A stretch of 64,000 nt of DNA from Longimicrobiales bacterium (GCA_965202805.1 OZ241869.1:736001-800000); one strand, 5' to 3'. Numbered from the stretch's first letter, positions 37,778 through 47,950 are shown. Numbers and translations: made by a program. Notes: generated by a model not told the origin, from the letters alone.

Positions 37778-38377
37778 ATGACGATTCCCGCAAAGATGGT
37801 GAAGGCCCTGCGCGACCGTACCGGCGGGGGCATGATGGATTGCAAGCGCGCGCTCGAAGAGACCGGTGGGGATCTCGAGGCCGCGGTCGATCTCCTGCGT
37901 GCCAGAGGCGCGGCGAAGGCTTCCAGGCGAGCGGGCAGGGACACCAACCAGGGCACCATCGGCAGCTACGTCCATTTCGACCGGAGGGTGGGCGTGATCG
38001 TCGAGGTCAACTGCGAGACGGACTTCGTGGCCAACACGGACGACTTCCGGGCGCTCGCGAAGGACATCGCGCTCCACATCGCCTCGCAGGATCCGATTGC
38101 CGTGCGCCCGGAGGACCTTCCGCAGGAGGTGGTCGATCGTGAACGGGCGATCTACCTGGAGCAGGTGCGCGCTCAGGGGAAGCCGGAACGCATTCAGGAC
38201 ATGATCGTCCAGGGCAAGCTCAAGGCCTTCTACAAGGATCAGGTGCTTCTGGAGCAGCCCTTCATCAAGGACACGGCCCGGACCATCGGCGAACTCGTCA
38301 CCGAAGTATCGGCGAAGACAGGCGAGAAGATCGAAGTCGCCCGGTTTTCGAGGTTCGCGATCGGGCAGCGCGGCTGA
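37778..38377 (+). CDS. tsf: Elongation factor Ts (short form)
   Basis: LRDRTGGGMMDCKRAL, EVNCETDFVA, LLEQPFIKD. Confidence 0.97.
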   Translation: MTIPAKMVKALRDRTGGGMMDCKRALEETGGDLEAAVDLLRARGAAKASRRAGRDTNQGTIGSYVHFDRRVGVIVEVNCETDFVANTDDFRALAKDIALHIASQDPIAVRPEDLPQEVVDRERAIYLEQVRAQGKPERIQDMIVQGKLKAFYKDQVLLEQPFIKDTARTIGELVTEVSAKTGEKIEVARFSRFAIGQRG

Positions 38378-38396
38378 CGGCAAACGCCCGGGCACG

Positions 38397-39119
38397 ATGA
38401 GCGGCTCGCCGGAATTCCGATACTCCCGGGTTCTTCTGAAGCTCTCCGGCGAGGCTCTCGCGGGAGAGGAGGGATTCGGCATCTCGCCCCCGGTCGTGGA
38501 CCGCCTCACCGACGAAATCGGGACGCTCGCCGAGCTGGGCGTGGCCCTCGGCATCGTCATAGGGGGCGGCAACATCGTGCGGGGTGCGCTGGCCAGCCGC
38601 CAGGGCATGGACCGCGTCACTGCCGACTACATGGGCATGCTCGCCACCGTGATCAACGCTCTGGCGCTCCAGGATCTGCTCGAGCGCAAGGACGTTACGA
38701 CGCGCGTGCTGACGGCTTTTCGCATGGAGAAGCTGGCGGAGCCCTACATCCGCCGCCGAGCGATCCGCCACCTGGAAAAGGGCAGGGTGGTCATCTTCGC
38801 AGGGGGCACGGGGAACCCGTATTTTTCCACCGACACCGCGGCCGCTCTTCGAGCGATCGAGATGGAAGCGGATGTGATCATCAAGGCCACGAAGGTCGCG
38901 GGAATCTTCACCGCCGATCCTCTCCTGGATCCCAACGCGCGATTCATCCCGCGCATCAGCTTTCAGGAAGTGATCGCCCGGGAACTGGGCGTGATGGATG
39001 CCCCGGCGGTGTCGCTCTGCAAGGACAACCAGCTGCCCATCATCGTACTCAACCTCGGTGAGAGAGGAGCGGTCGGGGCCGCCATCAGGGGAGAGCGCAT
39101 AGGCACGTTGGTTTCCTGA
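38397..39119 (+). CDS. pyrH: UMP kinase
   Basis: LLKLSGEAL, GGGNI, DYMGMLAT, GTGNPYFSTDTAA. Confidence 0.97.
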   Translation: MSGSPEFRYSRVLLKLSGEALAGEEGFGISPPVVDRLTDEIGTLAELGVALGIVIGGGNIVRGALASRQGMDRVTADYMGMLATVINALALQDLLERKDVTTRVLTAFRMEKLAEPYIRRRAIRHLEKGRVVIFAGGTGNPYFSTDTAAALRAIEMEADVIIKATKVAGIFTADPLLDPNARFIPRISFQEVIARELGVMDAPAVSLCKDNQLPIIVLNLGERGAVGAAIRGERIGTLVS

Positions 39120-39167
39120 GCGGGTATTTGCTCTCCGATCAACACCACACGCGCACGGGAGGCTGTC

Positions 39168-39719
39168 ATGGGACTCATGGAGGAACTCACGGAGCGCATG
39201 GACGCCGCGCTCGATGCTGCCCGCCGCGAGTTCGCGACGGTTCGAACCGGCAAGGCGACCCCGGCTCTGCTGGACAGCGTGCGGGTCGACGCCTACGGAG
39301 CCAGCATGCCCCTGAACCAGCTCGCGACGGTGGTCGCGGCCGACGCGAGCCTGCTGGTGGTGCAGCCGTACGACAGGTCGCTGCTCGCTTCCGTGGAGAA
39401 GGCGATCATGTCGGCGAACCTCGGATTCAACCCATCCAACGACGGCAACCTCATCCGCGTACCGATTCCTCCGCTCACGGAGGAGCGACGCCGGGAATAC
39501 GTGCGCATCATCCACAAGATGTCGGAGAACACCCGGATCTCGATTCGCCACGCGCGGCGCGCGGGCAACGGGGAGGTGAAGCGTCGCATGAGGGAGCACG
39601 AGATCAGCGACGACCAGGGTCACCAGATGATGAGCGGGATCCAGAAGCTCACCGACCGCTACGTGGCTTCGCTGGACGAGCTCATGAAGGCCAAGGAGGG
39701 GGAGGTCATGGCCATCTAG
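39168..39719 (+). CDS. frr: Ribosome recycling factor
   Basis: VRTGKATP, PPLTEERR, IQKLTD. Confidence 0.96.
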   Translation: MGLMEELTERMDAALDAARREFATVRTGKATPALLDSVRVDAYGASMPLNQLATVVAADASLLVVQPYDRSLLASVEKAIMSANLGFNPSNDGNLIRVPIPPLTEERRREYVRIIHKMSENTRISIRHARRAGNGEVKRRMREHEISDDQGHQMMSGIQKLTDRYVASLDELMKAKEGEVMAI

Positions 39720-39721
39720 CC

Positions 39722-40465
39722 ATGAGGTCCAACGTGCCGGCCCGGATTGACATGCGCGGTCCCGTACCCCGTCACGTCGCCGTCATCATGGACGGCAACG
39801 GGCGCTGGGCCCGGCGACAGGGTCTGCCCCGCAAGTCGGGGCACGAGGCCGGGATGAGCGCGGTGCGCACGACCATCGAGGCTTCGGTGGACGCCGGCGT
39901 CGAAATCCTTACCCTCTTCGCGTTTTCCACCGACAACTGGAATCGTCCATCGGAGGAAGTTTCCGCCCTCATGTCGCTCCTGAAGGCGTATGCCGAGCAG
40001 GAGTGCTCGGAGCTGGTGGAGAAGGGCGTCGAGGTGCATGTGCTCGGAACCCTGGCCAGAATGCAGGCTTCCGCGCGCGCGGCCGTGGAGCGCATCATGC
40101 GGGAGACCGAGGGGGGCACGACGCTCAGGCTCAACCTGATGATCTCATACAGCGGAAGGGAAGACATCCTGACCGCGGTCCGCCGCCTGGCGGCGCGCGT
40201 CGAGGCGGGAGAACTGGAACCCGGGGAGATCGACGAAGCGTGCCTGGAGAGGGCGCTGCTGACAAGCGGCATCCCCGATCCCGACCTGCTCATCAGGACC
40301 TCCGGGGAATGCAGAATCTCCAACTTCATGCTGTGGCAGATTTCCTACTCGGAGATCCACATCACTCCCGTGCTGTGGCCGGACTTCTCCAGGGACGACT
40401 TCCTTGCGGCCGTCCTGGACTACCAGCGCCGTGATCGCCGCTTCGGCCGGATCACTTCAGCCTGA
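39722..40465 (+). CDS. uppS: Undecaprenyl diphosphate synthase
   Basis: HVAVIMDGNGRWA, FSTDNWNRP, PDLLIRTSGECRISNFMLWQ. Confidence 0.96.
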   Translation: MRSNVPARIDMRGPVPRHVAVIMDGNGRWARRQGLPRKSGHEAGMSAVRTTIEASVDAGVEILTLFAFSTDNWNRPSEEVSALMSLLKAYAEQECSELVEKGVEVHVLGTLARMQASARAAVERIMRETEGGTTLRLNLMISYSGREDILTAVRRLAARVEAGELEPGEIDEACLERALLTSGIPDPDLLIRTSGECRISNFMLWQISYSEIHITPVLWPDFSRDDFLAAVLDYQRRDRRFGRITSA

Positions 40466-41349
40466 TGGCGCCGGCCGACCTCTCGCGTCGTGCGCTGGTG
40501 GCGGTGGCCGCCCTGCTCCTCGTACTGCCGGTCATCTTTCGGGGCGGGTGGCTCATGGGTGCGCTCGCGGCGGCGCTGGCGGTGCTGGGCGCCCGCGAAT
40601 TCTGCCTGCTGGCGCGGCGGAGCGGTGTTCGGCCTTTCACCGGAATGGCCATGGCCATCGCGGCGGCGCTTGTGCTGGCGGCGACGGCGGAGCCCTTCTT
40701 CACCGGTTTCGCCCCGCTCGCGCTGACGGTTCTGATGGGGGCCGTCGTGGTGCTTCCCATCGCCGCCGTGCGCGGGCGCGGCGTGGCGGACAAGCCGCTC
40801 GCATCCGTGTGTGCCACCCTCACGGCGGCGCTCTACGCGGGAGGCGGGCTCTGTTTCGCCTTGCTGTTGCGGCACCTCCCGGAAACGGGGGTCGCCGTGA
40901 GGGCTCCGGCCCCGCTCGAGGGCCCGGTGCTGCTTCTCTTCCCGCTCGCGGTCACCTGGGTCGGGGACATCGTCGCCTACGTCGTCGGCAGCCTCTGGGG
41001 GCATCGCCGTCCGTTTCCGACCGTCAGCCCGGGCAAGACGGTGGAAGGCACGGCCGCGGGCATCCTGGCCGCCGGAACGGCGGGCCTGGTCTTCGCGACC
41101 GTGGCCGCCGAGCCGTTCGCCCTGCTGGGCGTCGGACCGAACTGGATCGTCGGCATCGCGTTGCTGATCGGTGCGGGAGCGCTGGCGGGCGACCTGTCCG
41201 TGTCCCTGCTGAAGCGCGAAGCCGGCGTCAAGGACGCGGGGTCACTGCTCCCCGGCCACGGCGGCGTGCTCGACCGCCTCGATGCGTTGCTGGTGACGCT
41301 GCCGCTCGCTTACGGGGCCCTTCAGTTCGCCGGTTCGGTGTCGCCATGA
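40465..41349 (+). CDS. cdsA: Phosphatidate cytidylyltransferase
   Basis: VSPGKTVEG, GDLSVSLLKREAGVKDAGSLLPGHGGVLDRLD. Confidence 0.95.
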   Translation: MAPADLSRRALVAVAALLLVLPVIFRGGWLMGALAAALAVLGAREFCLLARRSGVRPFTGMAMAIAAALVLAATAEPFFTGFAPLALTVLMGAVVVLPIAAVRGRGVADKPLASVCATLTAALYAGGGLCFALLLRHLPETGVAVRAPAPLEGPVLLLFPLAVTWVGDIVAYVVGSLWGHRRPFPTVSPGKTVEGTAAGILAAGTAGLVFATVAAEPFALLGVGPNWIVGIALLIGAGALAGDLSVSLLKREAGVKDAGSLLPGHGGVLDRLDALLVTLPLAYGALQFAGSVSP

Positions 41350-41386
41350 GCCGGATGATGGTTCCCGGGGCGCGGGGTCCCCGGAC

Positions 41387-42535
41387 GTGATTCGGGTTGC
41401 GATCCTGGGATCCACGGGCTCGGTCGGGCGCAGTGCGCTCGAGGTCATGGGCCGGCATCCGGAGCGCTTCCGCGTGGTTGCGCTGGCCGCCAACCGCTCG
41501 GTCTCCGTGCTCCGCGAACAGGCTGCGCTCCATCGCCCGCGCCGGGTGGTGATCGCCGACCCCGGCGCGGAGAAGCTCGACCTCCCCGGCGTGTCCTCCG
41601 CGTACGGCCGGGAGGCTCTGGTCGAGCTTGCGGGGTGCAGTGACGCGGACGTGGTCATCAATGCGCTGGTGGGGGTTTCGGGCCTCGAGCCCACCCTCGC
41701 CGCACTGCGGGCCGGCAAACGCCTTGCACTGGCCAACAAGGAGTCGCTCGTCGCAGGAGGCGCACTCGTCGACCAGACGGCGCGGTCGGGGGGCGGTGAG
41801 CTGGTCCCGGTCGATTCGGAACACAGCGCCATTCTCCAGTGCCTCGCCGGGAGCGACCCCGCGCATGTGGCCCGTATCGTGCTGACCGCATCGGGCGGTC
41901 CCTTTCGCCGCTGGGACGCGTCCCGCATGAACGACGTCACCCCGGCCGACGCGCTGCGCCACCCCACCTGGAACATGGGTTCCAAGATCACCATCGACTC
42001 GGCCACGCTCGCGAACAAGGCGCTGGAGGTCATCGAGGCACATTTCCTGTACCGGATGGAGTATGACCGCATCGACGTGGTCGTTCATCCGCAATCGATC
42101 ATCCATTCCTTCGTGGAGTTCACGGATGGATCGGTCGTCGCGCAACTCGGCCTTCCCACCATGGAGCTGCCCATCCTGTACGCGCTGACGCACCCGAAGC
42201 GGATCGACGACGGCCGGCTCCGCACCTTCCGTCCTTCGCGCCTGTCGGATCTCACGTTCGAGGCACTCGACCGGGCCCGGTTCCCCCTGTTCGAACTGGG
42301 TGTGCAGGCGGGGCGCGCGGGTGGCTGGGCGCCGACGGTCTTCAACGCGGCCAACGAGGTGGCGGTGCACGCATTCCTGGAAGGTGCACTCCCCTTCCGG
42401 GAGATGGCTGCGGTGGTGGCCGCGGCGATGGAGCGGACTCCTCCGGGAGAGATCAGGTCGGTCGAGGAAGTGCTCGGCGTGGACGCGGACGCCCGGCGCG
42501 TGACCCGGGAATCCATCGCGGCGGTGGTCGCGTAG
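41387..42535 (+). CDS. dxr: 1-deoxy-D-xylulose-5-phosphate reductoisomerase
   Basis: LGSTGSVG, LANKES, PVDSEHSAI, HPTWNMGSKITIDSAT, NAANE. Confidence 0.97.
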   Translation: MIRVAILGSTGSVGRSALEVMGRHPERFRVVALAANRSVSVLREQAALHRPRRVVIADPGAEKLDLPGVSSAYGREALVELAGCSDADVVINALVGVSGLEPTLAALRAGKRLALANKESLVAGGALVDQTARSGGGELVPVDSEHSAILQCLAGSDPAHVARIVLTASGGPFRRWDASRMNDVTPADALRHPTWNMGSKITIDSATLANKALEVIEAHFLYRMEYDRIDVVVHPQSIIHSFVEFTDGSVVAQLGLPTMELPILYALTHPKRIDDGRLRTFRPSRLSDLTFEALDRARFPLFELGVQAGRAGGWAPTVFNAANEVAVHAFLEGALPFREMAAVVAAAMERTPPGEIRSVEEVLGVDADARRVTRESIAAVVA

Positions 42536-42574
42536 GGCCGCGCGGCTGATGAGCGGGCGCTTAAAGGGAGAGGG

Positions 42575-43933
42575 ATGATGGCGTTGCTGGCGACAATCGT
42601 TGTCCTGGGCGTTCTGATCCTGGTGCACGAACTGGGTCATTTCTGGGCGGCCAAGGCCGTGGGCGTGAAGGTCCTGCGGTTCTCCATCGGCCTCGGGCCA
42701 CGGGTCCTGGGCTTCCAGCGGGGCGATACGGAATACGTGATCTCGGCGATTCCGCTGGGCGGCTACGTCAAGATGAGCGGCATGGCCGACGAGGTCATGG
42801 ACAAGGTGGAGGGGGGCGGCGCGGCAGTGCGTCGCCAGGCCGATCCCACCGACTTCGACGGCAAGCCGGTGTGGGCGCGTGCGCTGGTGCTGTCGGCGGG
42901 CGTGATCATGAACATGATCTTCGCTTTCGCGGCGTATGCGACGATCGCCGCGGGGTGGGGCAGGGTGGAGGCCGACGAGACCCGGCTCGGCTACGTGGAC
43001 ATGGAACTGCTTCCCCCTGGCGCGGAAGCGTTGGCGGGGCTTCCCGTCGGCGCGCGCATCACGCGGGTGGGCGAGCGTGACGTGGACCACTGGGGGGATG
43101 TGCGGGACGGGTTCCTGTCCGCACCGGGCGAGACCATCACGGTGGAAACCGAAGCTCCGCGCGTGACCGTGTCGGTGCCGGCGCCCGCGGACGCCGCCGC
43201 GCGCGAGCGACTGGCATTGGCTCTCGACTACTGGCTCGAGGCCGAGGTACTGGATGTCGAGCGCGGGATGCCCGCGGCGCGCGCGGGGCTGCAGCCGGGG
43301 GATCGCGTCCTCGCGGTGGACGGCTTGGCCGTCGAGAACTGGGCGCTGTTCCGGAGGGAGATCATGCGCCGCCCCGGTCACACGGTCGATCTTCAGGTGG
43401 CGCGCGACGACGCCCTGATGGAGATCGCGGTTCCCCTCGCGTCGCGTGAGCAGAGAGGGCCGGACGGGGAGATGAGAACCATCGGCCAGGCCGGGATCCT
43501 GGCGCCACAGCCAGCACCCGTGTACGTGCCCGTTCCGCTGACCCGGGCGGTGGTCATCGGATACCGGGACACCGTGGGCACGACCCGCATGATCCTCGGC
43601 TTCCTGGGCGATCTCGTCACGGGCAACGTCTCGCCGCGCAACGTCGGCAGCATCGTCACCATCGGTACGCTGTCGGGCCAGGCGGCGGAAGCGGGACTTC
43701 AGACGTTCCTGCGCTTCATGGCCCTCTTCTCGGTGAATCTGGCGATCCTGAACCTGCTTCCCATTCCGATACTGGACGGTGGGCACCTGGTCTTCCTCGG
43801 GATCGAGGCGGTCAGGGGCAAGGCACTCAGCCTGGACCAGCGGATGCGCTGGAGCCGGGTCGGGTTCCTGGTGCTCATGGGGATCATGGTCTGGGCGCTG
43901 TCGAACGACATCCTGCGCGTGCTGGGGTTGTAA
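42575..43933 (+). CDS. rseP: RIP metalloprotease RseP
   Basis: HELGH, PLGGYVKM, PDZ domains, NLLPIPILDGGH. Confidence 0.95.
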   Translation: MMALLATIVVLGVLILVHELGHFWAAKAVGVKVLRFSIGLGPRVLGFQRGDTEYVISAIPLGGYVKMSGMADEVMDKVEGGGAAVRRQADPTDFDGKPVWARALVLSAGVIMNMIFAFAAYATIAAGWGRVEADETRLGYVDMELLPPGAEALAGLPVGARITRVGERDVDHWGDVRDGFLSAPGETITVETEAPRVTVSVPAPADAAARERLALALDYWLEAEVLDVERGMPAARAGLQPGDRVLAVDGLAVENWALFRREIMRRPGHTVDLQVARDDALMEIAVPLASREQRGPDGEMRTIGQAGILAPQPAPVYVPVPLTRAVVIGYRDTVGTTRMILGFLGDLVTGNVSPRNVGSIVTIGTLSGQAAEAGLQTFLRFMALFSVNLAILNLLPIPILDGGHLVFLGIEAVRGKALSLDQRMRWSRVGFLVLMGIMVWALSNDILRVLGL

Positions 43934-43972
43934 CGCCGAGCCGCCCTCGAGGCGGGACGGGCAACCGCCGCT

Positions 43973-44794
43973 TCAGAGAAACGACAACTGCTCGGGTCCG
44001 CGTTCCCGGCGCAGGGTGTCGACGCACATGACCTCCGTCGGCTCGTCCTGCCGGGCAACGCCCAGGAACCCCTGGTATCCCGCCTTTGACAGCGCGCGGG
44101 AGACGGTCTCGCGCGCCAGTTCGGGCGTGTTGCATTCCGCGGATAGATGAGCCAGCAGTATGCCTGTGAGGCGGGGATGGAGGAGATCCAGGGCAAGCCG
44201 GGCCGCCGCGCGGTTGGACAGATGTCCGTGGCTGGATGCGATGCGCGATTTGACGGCGGCGGGATAGGAACTCCGGTGGAGAAGCATCTCGTCGTGGTTG
44301 GCCTCCAGGACCAGGAAATCGCAACCCGCGAGTGCGTGGCGCACGATTGCCGTGGAGCGTCCGAGGTCGGTCGCGAGACCGACGCGGGTACCGGATCCGA
44401 CGTCTACCAGGGCGATGGCCACCGGGTCGGCGGCGTCGTGGACGGTCATGAACGGTTCGACGCGCAGGTCCTCAACGCCGAAGGCGCGCCCGGGCCGATA
44501 CTCCACCACCTGTTCCGATCCACGGAACAGGCGTTCGCACGCCCTGCGGGTAGCTTCCGTGAGCCAGACGGGCATGCCGTGGCGTCGCGCCAGCACCCCG
44601 CTTCCCCGGGTGTGATCCCCGTGTTCGTGGGTGAGGATGATGGCCGAGAGCTCACTCGCTTCCGCTCCGACCAGCCTCATGCGGCGCTCGGTCTCGCGCG
44701 CGCTGAAGCCGGCGTCGACCAGCACGGTCGCCCGCGCGGAGCGGACGAGAATCGAGTTGCCCTTGCTTCCACTGCCCAGCACGCAGATTTCCAC
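43973..44794 (-). CDS. MBL-fold metallo-hydrolase (YycJ/WalJ-like)
   Basis: LGSGSKGN, THEHGDH, HD, ATDLG, EANHD, GHLSN, AHLS. Confidence 0.9.
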   Translation of the reverse strand: MEICVLGSGSKGNSILVRSARATVLVDAGFSARETERRMRLVGAEASELSAIILTHEHGDHTRGSGVLARRHGMPVWLTEATRRACERLFRGSEQVVEYRPGRAFGVEDLRVEPFMTVHDAADPVAIALVDVGSGTRVGLATDLGRSTAIVRHALAGCDFLVLEANHDEMLLHRSSYPAAVKSRIASSHGHLSNRAAARLALDLLHPRLTGILLAHLSAECNTPELARETVSRALSKAGYQGFLGVARQDEPTEVMCVDTLRRERGPEQLSFL

Positions 44795-44813
44795 GGCGGC
44801 CCCGACGCTCCGA

Positions 44814-46106
44814 CTAATCGGGGCCGGCCGCACGGAGCCAGGCCCGCTCGAGCACGGCCCGCATCTCCGGGGTGAGCCGCACCCCCCTGCGATTCATCAC
44901 GCGCGACGTGGTGTCCAGAAAGCGATCCAGCCGAAAGAGCGGCGCGTCGGGGGTGGCTCCCCATCGAAACGGCGGGAGGTGGCTCGCCGGGGCCCGGGCG
45001 CCGAACAGGTTGCAGCCCGCCCCGATCACGGCCCCCGTGTTGATGAGCGTTCCGATGCCCGTCTTTACGTGGTCGCCCACAAGGCAGCCCAGCTTGATGA
45101 GGCCGGAAGGCACGGCGCCCTCACCCGTGCGGATCCGAATCTCGCGGTAGTCGTTGCGAAGATCGCTGTTGGTGGTCATCGCACCGAGGTTCACCCAGCG
45201 GCCCAGGCACGACCGGCCGACGAATCCGTCGTGGGCCTTGTTGTCGTACCCGAGCAGGACGCTCTTCTCGATGTCTCCCCGGATCCTGCATGCCGGACCT
45301 ACGTAGGAAGCACAGACCCGTCCACCCAGGACGGTCGTTCCGGGTCCCACATACAGCGGGCCCTCCAGTCGGGCCGGTCCACACACGCGCACGCCCTCGT
45401 CGAGGACGACCGGGCCCGGGCTCGTATCCAGCAGCACGCCCGGTTCGACCAGGGCACCGGGGCCGAGGGTGACGAGCCCATCGCCCAGGAGGTGCGCGCC
45501 GGGCGGGAGTGAGGACATTGACGACGGGATCGCCCTCCCGTCCCGTCCCGTCCCCGCGTGATGCCCGCCGGTTCCGCCCGGAGGCACGGACGGCAGGGGC
45601 GTGAAGGTCGCGCCTTCCAGGTCTTCGCAAAGCTGTGCAGGTGTCCGCGCGACCAGCTCCCACACGTGTTCCAGGACGAGCCCGTCCAGCTCGACCCGGG
45701 TTTGGGCGCGGGGGGCCGCAGCGGGATCCGCGAGATGGCGCGTGTGGGGAAGCGGGGCGCCGGCGGGGAGGCTCCATCCGATCCTCGTGTCGCCGATGCG
45801 CAACTCGGCGGGAACGGGAGGCAGCTTCCGCGGGGGATCCCGCACGACGGCCCGGCTGCACACCAGGATACGGTGGTGGCCCGTGCTCACTTCGGACGCC
45901 GCAAGCACGGCGGGCCCGTCGTCTTCCCGGAAACCGGCGAGATGGGCGGCGGCGAGGTGGCCGCCGTACTCCACCTGCCACGCACGGGATGCCCGCTGCC
46001 AGAACCGCAGCGCTCCGAGTACCAGCTCGGCGGCCGGGCGGGTCAGGGCAAACGGTTCCCACTGGCGGGCGCGGGCGTCGTCGAACAGGTAGAGCCGGGG
46101 GCTCAC
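44814..46106 (-). CDS. GlmU-like putative sugar nucleotidyltransferase with left-handed beta-helix
   Basis: PFALTRP N-terminus; hexapeptide region GPLYVGPG, NKAHDGFVG, WVNLGAMTTNSDLRNDY, KLGCLVGDHVKTGIGT. Confidence 0.8.
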   Translation of the reverse strand: MSPRLYLFDDARARQWEPFALTRPAAELVLGALRFWQRASRAWQVEYGGHLAAAHLAGFREDDGPAVLAASEVSTGHHRILVCSRAVVRDPPRKLPPVPAELRIGDTRIGWSLPAGAPLPHTRHLADPAAAPRAQTRVELDGLVLEHVWELVARTPAQLCEDLEGATFTPLPSVPPGGTGGHHAGTGRDGRAIPSSMSSLPPGAHLLGDGLVTLGPGALVEPGVLLDTSPGPVVLDEGVRVCGPARLEGPLYVGPGTTVLGGRVCASYVGPACRIRGDIEKSVLLGYDNKAHDGFVGRSCLGRWVNLGAMTTNSDLRNDYREIRIRTGEGAVPSGLIKLGCLVGDHVKTGIGTLINTGAVIGAGCNLFGARAPASHLPPFRWGATPDAPLFRLDRFLDTTSRVMNRRGVRLTPEMRAVLERAWLRAAGPD

Positions 46107-47230
46107 GTCCGTTCCGCGTCGGACGACGGGGGCAGGCGTTCCACGAGGCGTTTGAGTTCGCGGGAATGCTCGCGGGTCGTGACCATGGTCGCGTCGTCCG
46201 CCGCGACCACCACCAGGTCCGTCACGCCGAACAACACCACGGGCCTGCCTTCGCTGTACACGATATTGTCGCCGCTGTCGACGAGGACGACATCTCCGGC
46301 TGCGGTATTCCCGCTCGCGTCAGGCCGCCGCGTCCGCGCCAGCGCCTCCCAGCTGCCCACATCGTCCCAGTAAAAGGGCGCCGGAAGCATGGCGCACCTC
46401 CGGCTGCGTTCCAGCACGGCCTCGTCCACGCTCACCGCGGGTACGCGGCGAAAGAACCCGTCCACGTCCCCGGCCTCGAGCAGCGGGATCAGCGCGGCGA
46501 TGTCCGGAGCGTGCGTGCGGAGTTCGGTCAGGAACACCGACGCCCGCCACACGAAGATGCCCGTGTTCCAGAGGAACCCCCGGCGAATGTAGTCGGCAGC
46601 CCGCCGCGCGTCGGGTTTCTCGTGAAAGCACAGCACACGCCGGGGAAGCTCGCCCGTCCCTTCGGCGCCGGATCCGTCCAGGACGTCCCCGGGCTGCAGG
46701 TATCCGTACCCGGTGTCGGGACGATCCGGCTGCGCCCCGACGGTCAACAGCACATCCCGGCGGGCGGCGATCCGCACCGCGCGTGCGACCAGCGAACGGA
46801 ACGCGGCCGCCGGGCGAATGACATGGTCCGAATGCAGGGACACGATCACCGCATCGGGATCGCTTCGCCACGCGCGCCAGGTCGCCCAGGTGAGCGCCGG
46901 GGCCGTGCTGCGCGGCCGCGACTCCCACAGGAAGGAACCGGGAGGCACCTCCGGGAGCGCGGAGGTCAGGAGTGACTCCAGATGCCGTCCCGCGACGATC
47001 CGCAACAGGTCAACGGGGACCAGCTCCAGTGCGCGCGAGACCGTATCGGCCACGAGGGGGCGGCCGGAGACCAGCGGCAGGAACTGCTTGGGGCGGGCGG
47101 GCGTGCTGGCGGGCCAGAACCGGGTACCGGCGCCACCCGCGAGGATGACGACCCGGAGGTGGGGGTCGGTGGGGGTCAACGCCGCTCGCTGATGCGGGTC
47201 AGGGTACACGCGGAAACTTACCCGGGACAC
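46103..47230 (-). CDS. Mannose-1-phosphate guanylyltransferase
   Basis: ILAGGAGTRFWPAS..PKQF, SDH, TGYGY, FHEKP, WNTGIF, WDDVGSW; true start may be TTG at 47179. Confidence 0.92.
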   Translation of the reverse strand: MSRVSFRVYPDPHQRAALTPTDPHLRVVILAGGAGTRFWPASTPARPKQFLPLVSGRPLVADTVSRALELVPVDLLRIVAGRHLESLLTSALPEVPPGSFLWESRPRSTAPALTWATWRAWRSDPDAVIVSLHSDHVIRPAAAFRSLVARAVRIAARRDVLLTVGAQPDRPDTGYGYLQPGDVLDGSGAEGTGELPRRVLCFHEKPDARRAADYIRRGFLWNTGIFVWRASVFLTELRTHAPDIAALIPLLEAGDVDGFFRRVPAVSVDEAVLERSRRCAMLPAPFYWDDVGSWEALARTRRPDASGNTAAGDVVLVDSGDNIVYSEGRPVVLFGVTDLVVVAADDATMVTTREHSRELKRLVERLPPSSDAERT

Positions 47231-47263
47231 AGTGTAAAATCAACGGAATTCGCCTCTCCGGGG

Positions 47264-47292
47264 TTGACCCGCCGGGGCCGCCGGGGTAGTCT
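47264..47292 (+). promoter_or_regulatory. Sigma-70-type promoter for lipoprotein-serS operon
   Basis: TTGACC-17nt-TAGTCT. Confidence 0.55.
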
Positions 47293-47360
47293 TGGCGCGC
47301 TCCGCGAACAGGTTGTCAGCTCGCCGGACCCAGCCCCCCTTTCGTGGTCAAGAAGCCGTC

Positions 47361-47921
47361 ATGCGTTCGTTCGGGAACATCCTCCTTCTCCCATTGCTGC
47401 TCGCCGCCGCTGCGTGCGGAAGAGATCCTTTCGCGCTCGAGTGGATCGCCTCCGCGGACACGGTGCGCCTGTATGCGATCTCCCGTCCCGAGCCGAACGT
47501 CGAGACCGGTTTCGATTTCGGAGCTCGCCGGACGGTGCGCATCGAAGCTCCCACCACCACCTCGTCCTGGGACCTAGCCGTGGACTTCGAGGGCGGCAGG
47601 GCCGTCTTTCTGACCCCCGGGTTCTTCGGCGTCGATTCCGACGCCGCGCTTGTGGAACTGCCCGACGAGAACTTCGACGAGATCGAGGAAGCCCCCGAGG
47701 ACGATGACGTGTACATCGAGGACCAGGCGGTACCGGTGAACCTCGAGAGCCTCTACGTGGTGCGCACGCGACGCCTGCGCTCCAACTACGGGCAGCTCTG
47801 CAACCATTACGCGAAGATGGTGCCCCTGGACATGGATCCTGACGAGCGCACCGTGGTGTTCGTGTTCGACACCAACGGGATCTGCAACAGCCGCAAGATG
47901 CAGCCGGACGTCTTCCCCTGA
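47361..47921 (+). CDS. Lipoprotein, possibly HmuY-like
   Basis: Lipobox LLLAAAAC; GFDF...WDLAV...YVVRT...YAKM. Confidence 0.7.
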   Translation: MRSFGNILLLPLLLAAAACGRDPFALEWIASADTVRLYAISRPEPNVETGFDFGARRTVRIEAPTTTSSWDLAVDFEGGRAVFLTPGFFGVDSDAALVELPDENFDEIEEAPEDDDVYIEDQAVPVNLESLYVVRTRRLRSNYGQLCNHYAKMVPLDMDPDERTVVFVFDTNGICNSRKMQPDVFP

Positions 47922-47950
47922 ACCCCTCCACTCAGGACCTTTCCTAGGCC

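Noticed and set aside
39128..40465. 445-aa UppS with long N-terminus
   Set aside because: The extension overlaps frr out of frame; UppS starts at 39722
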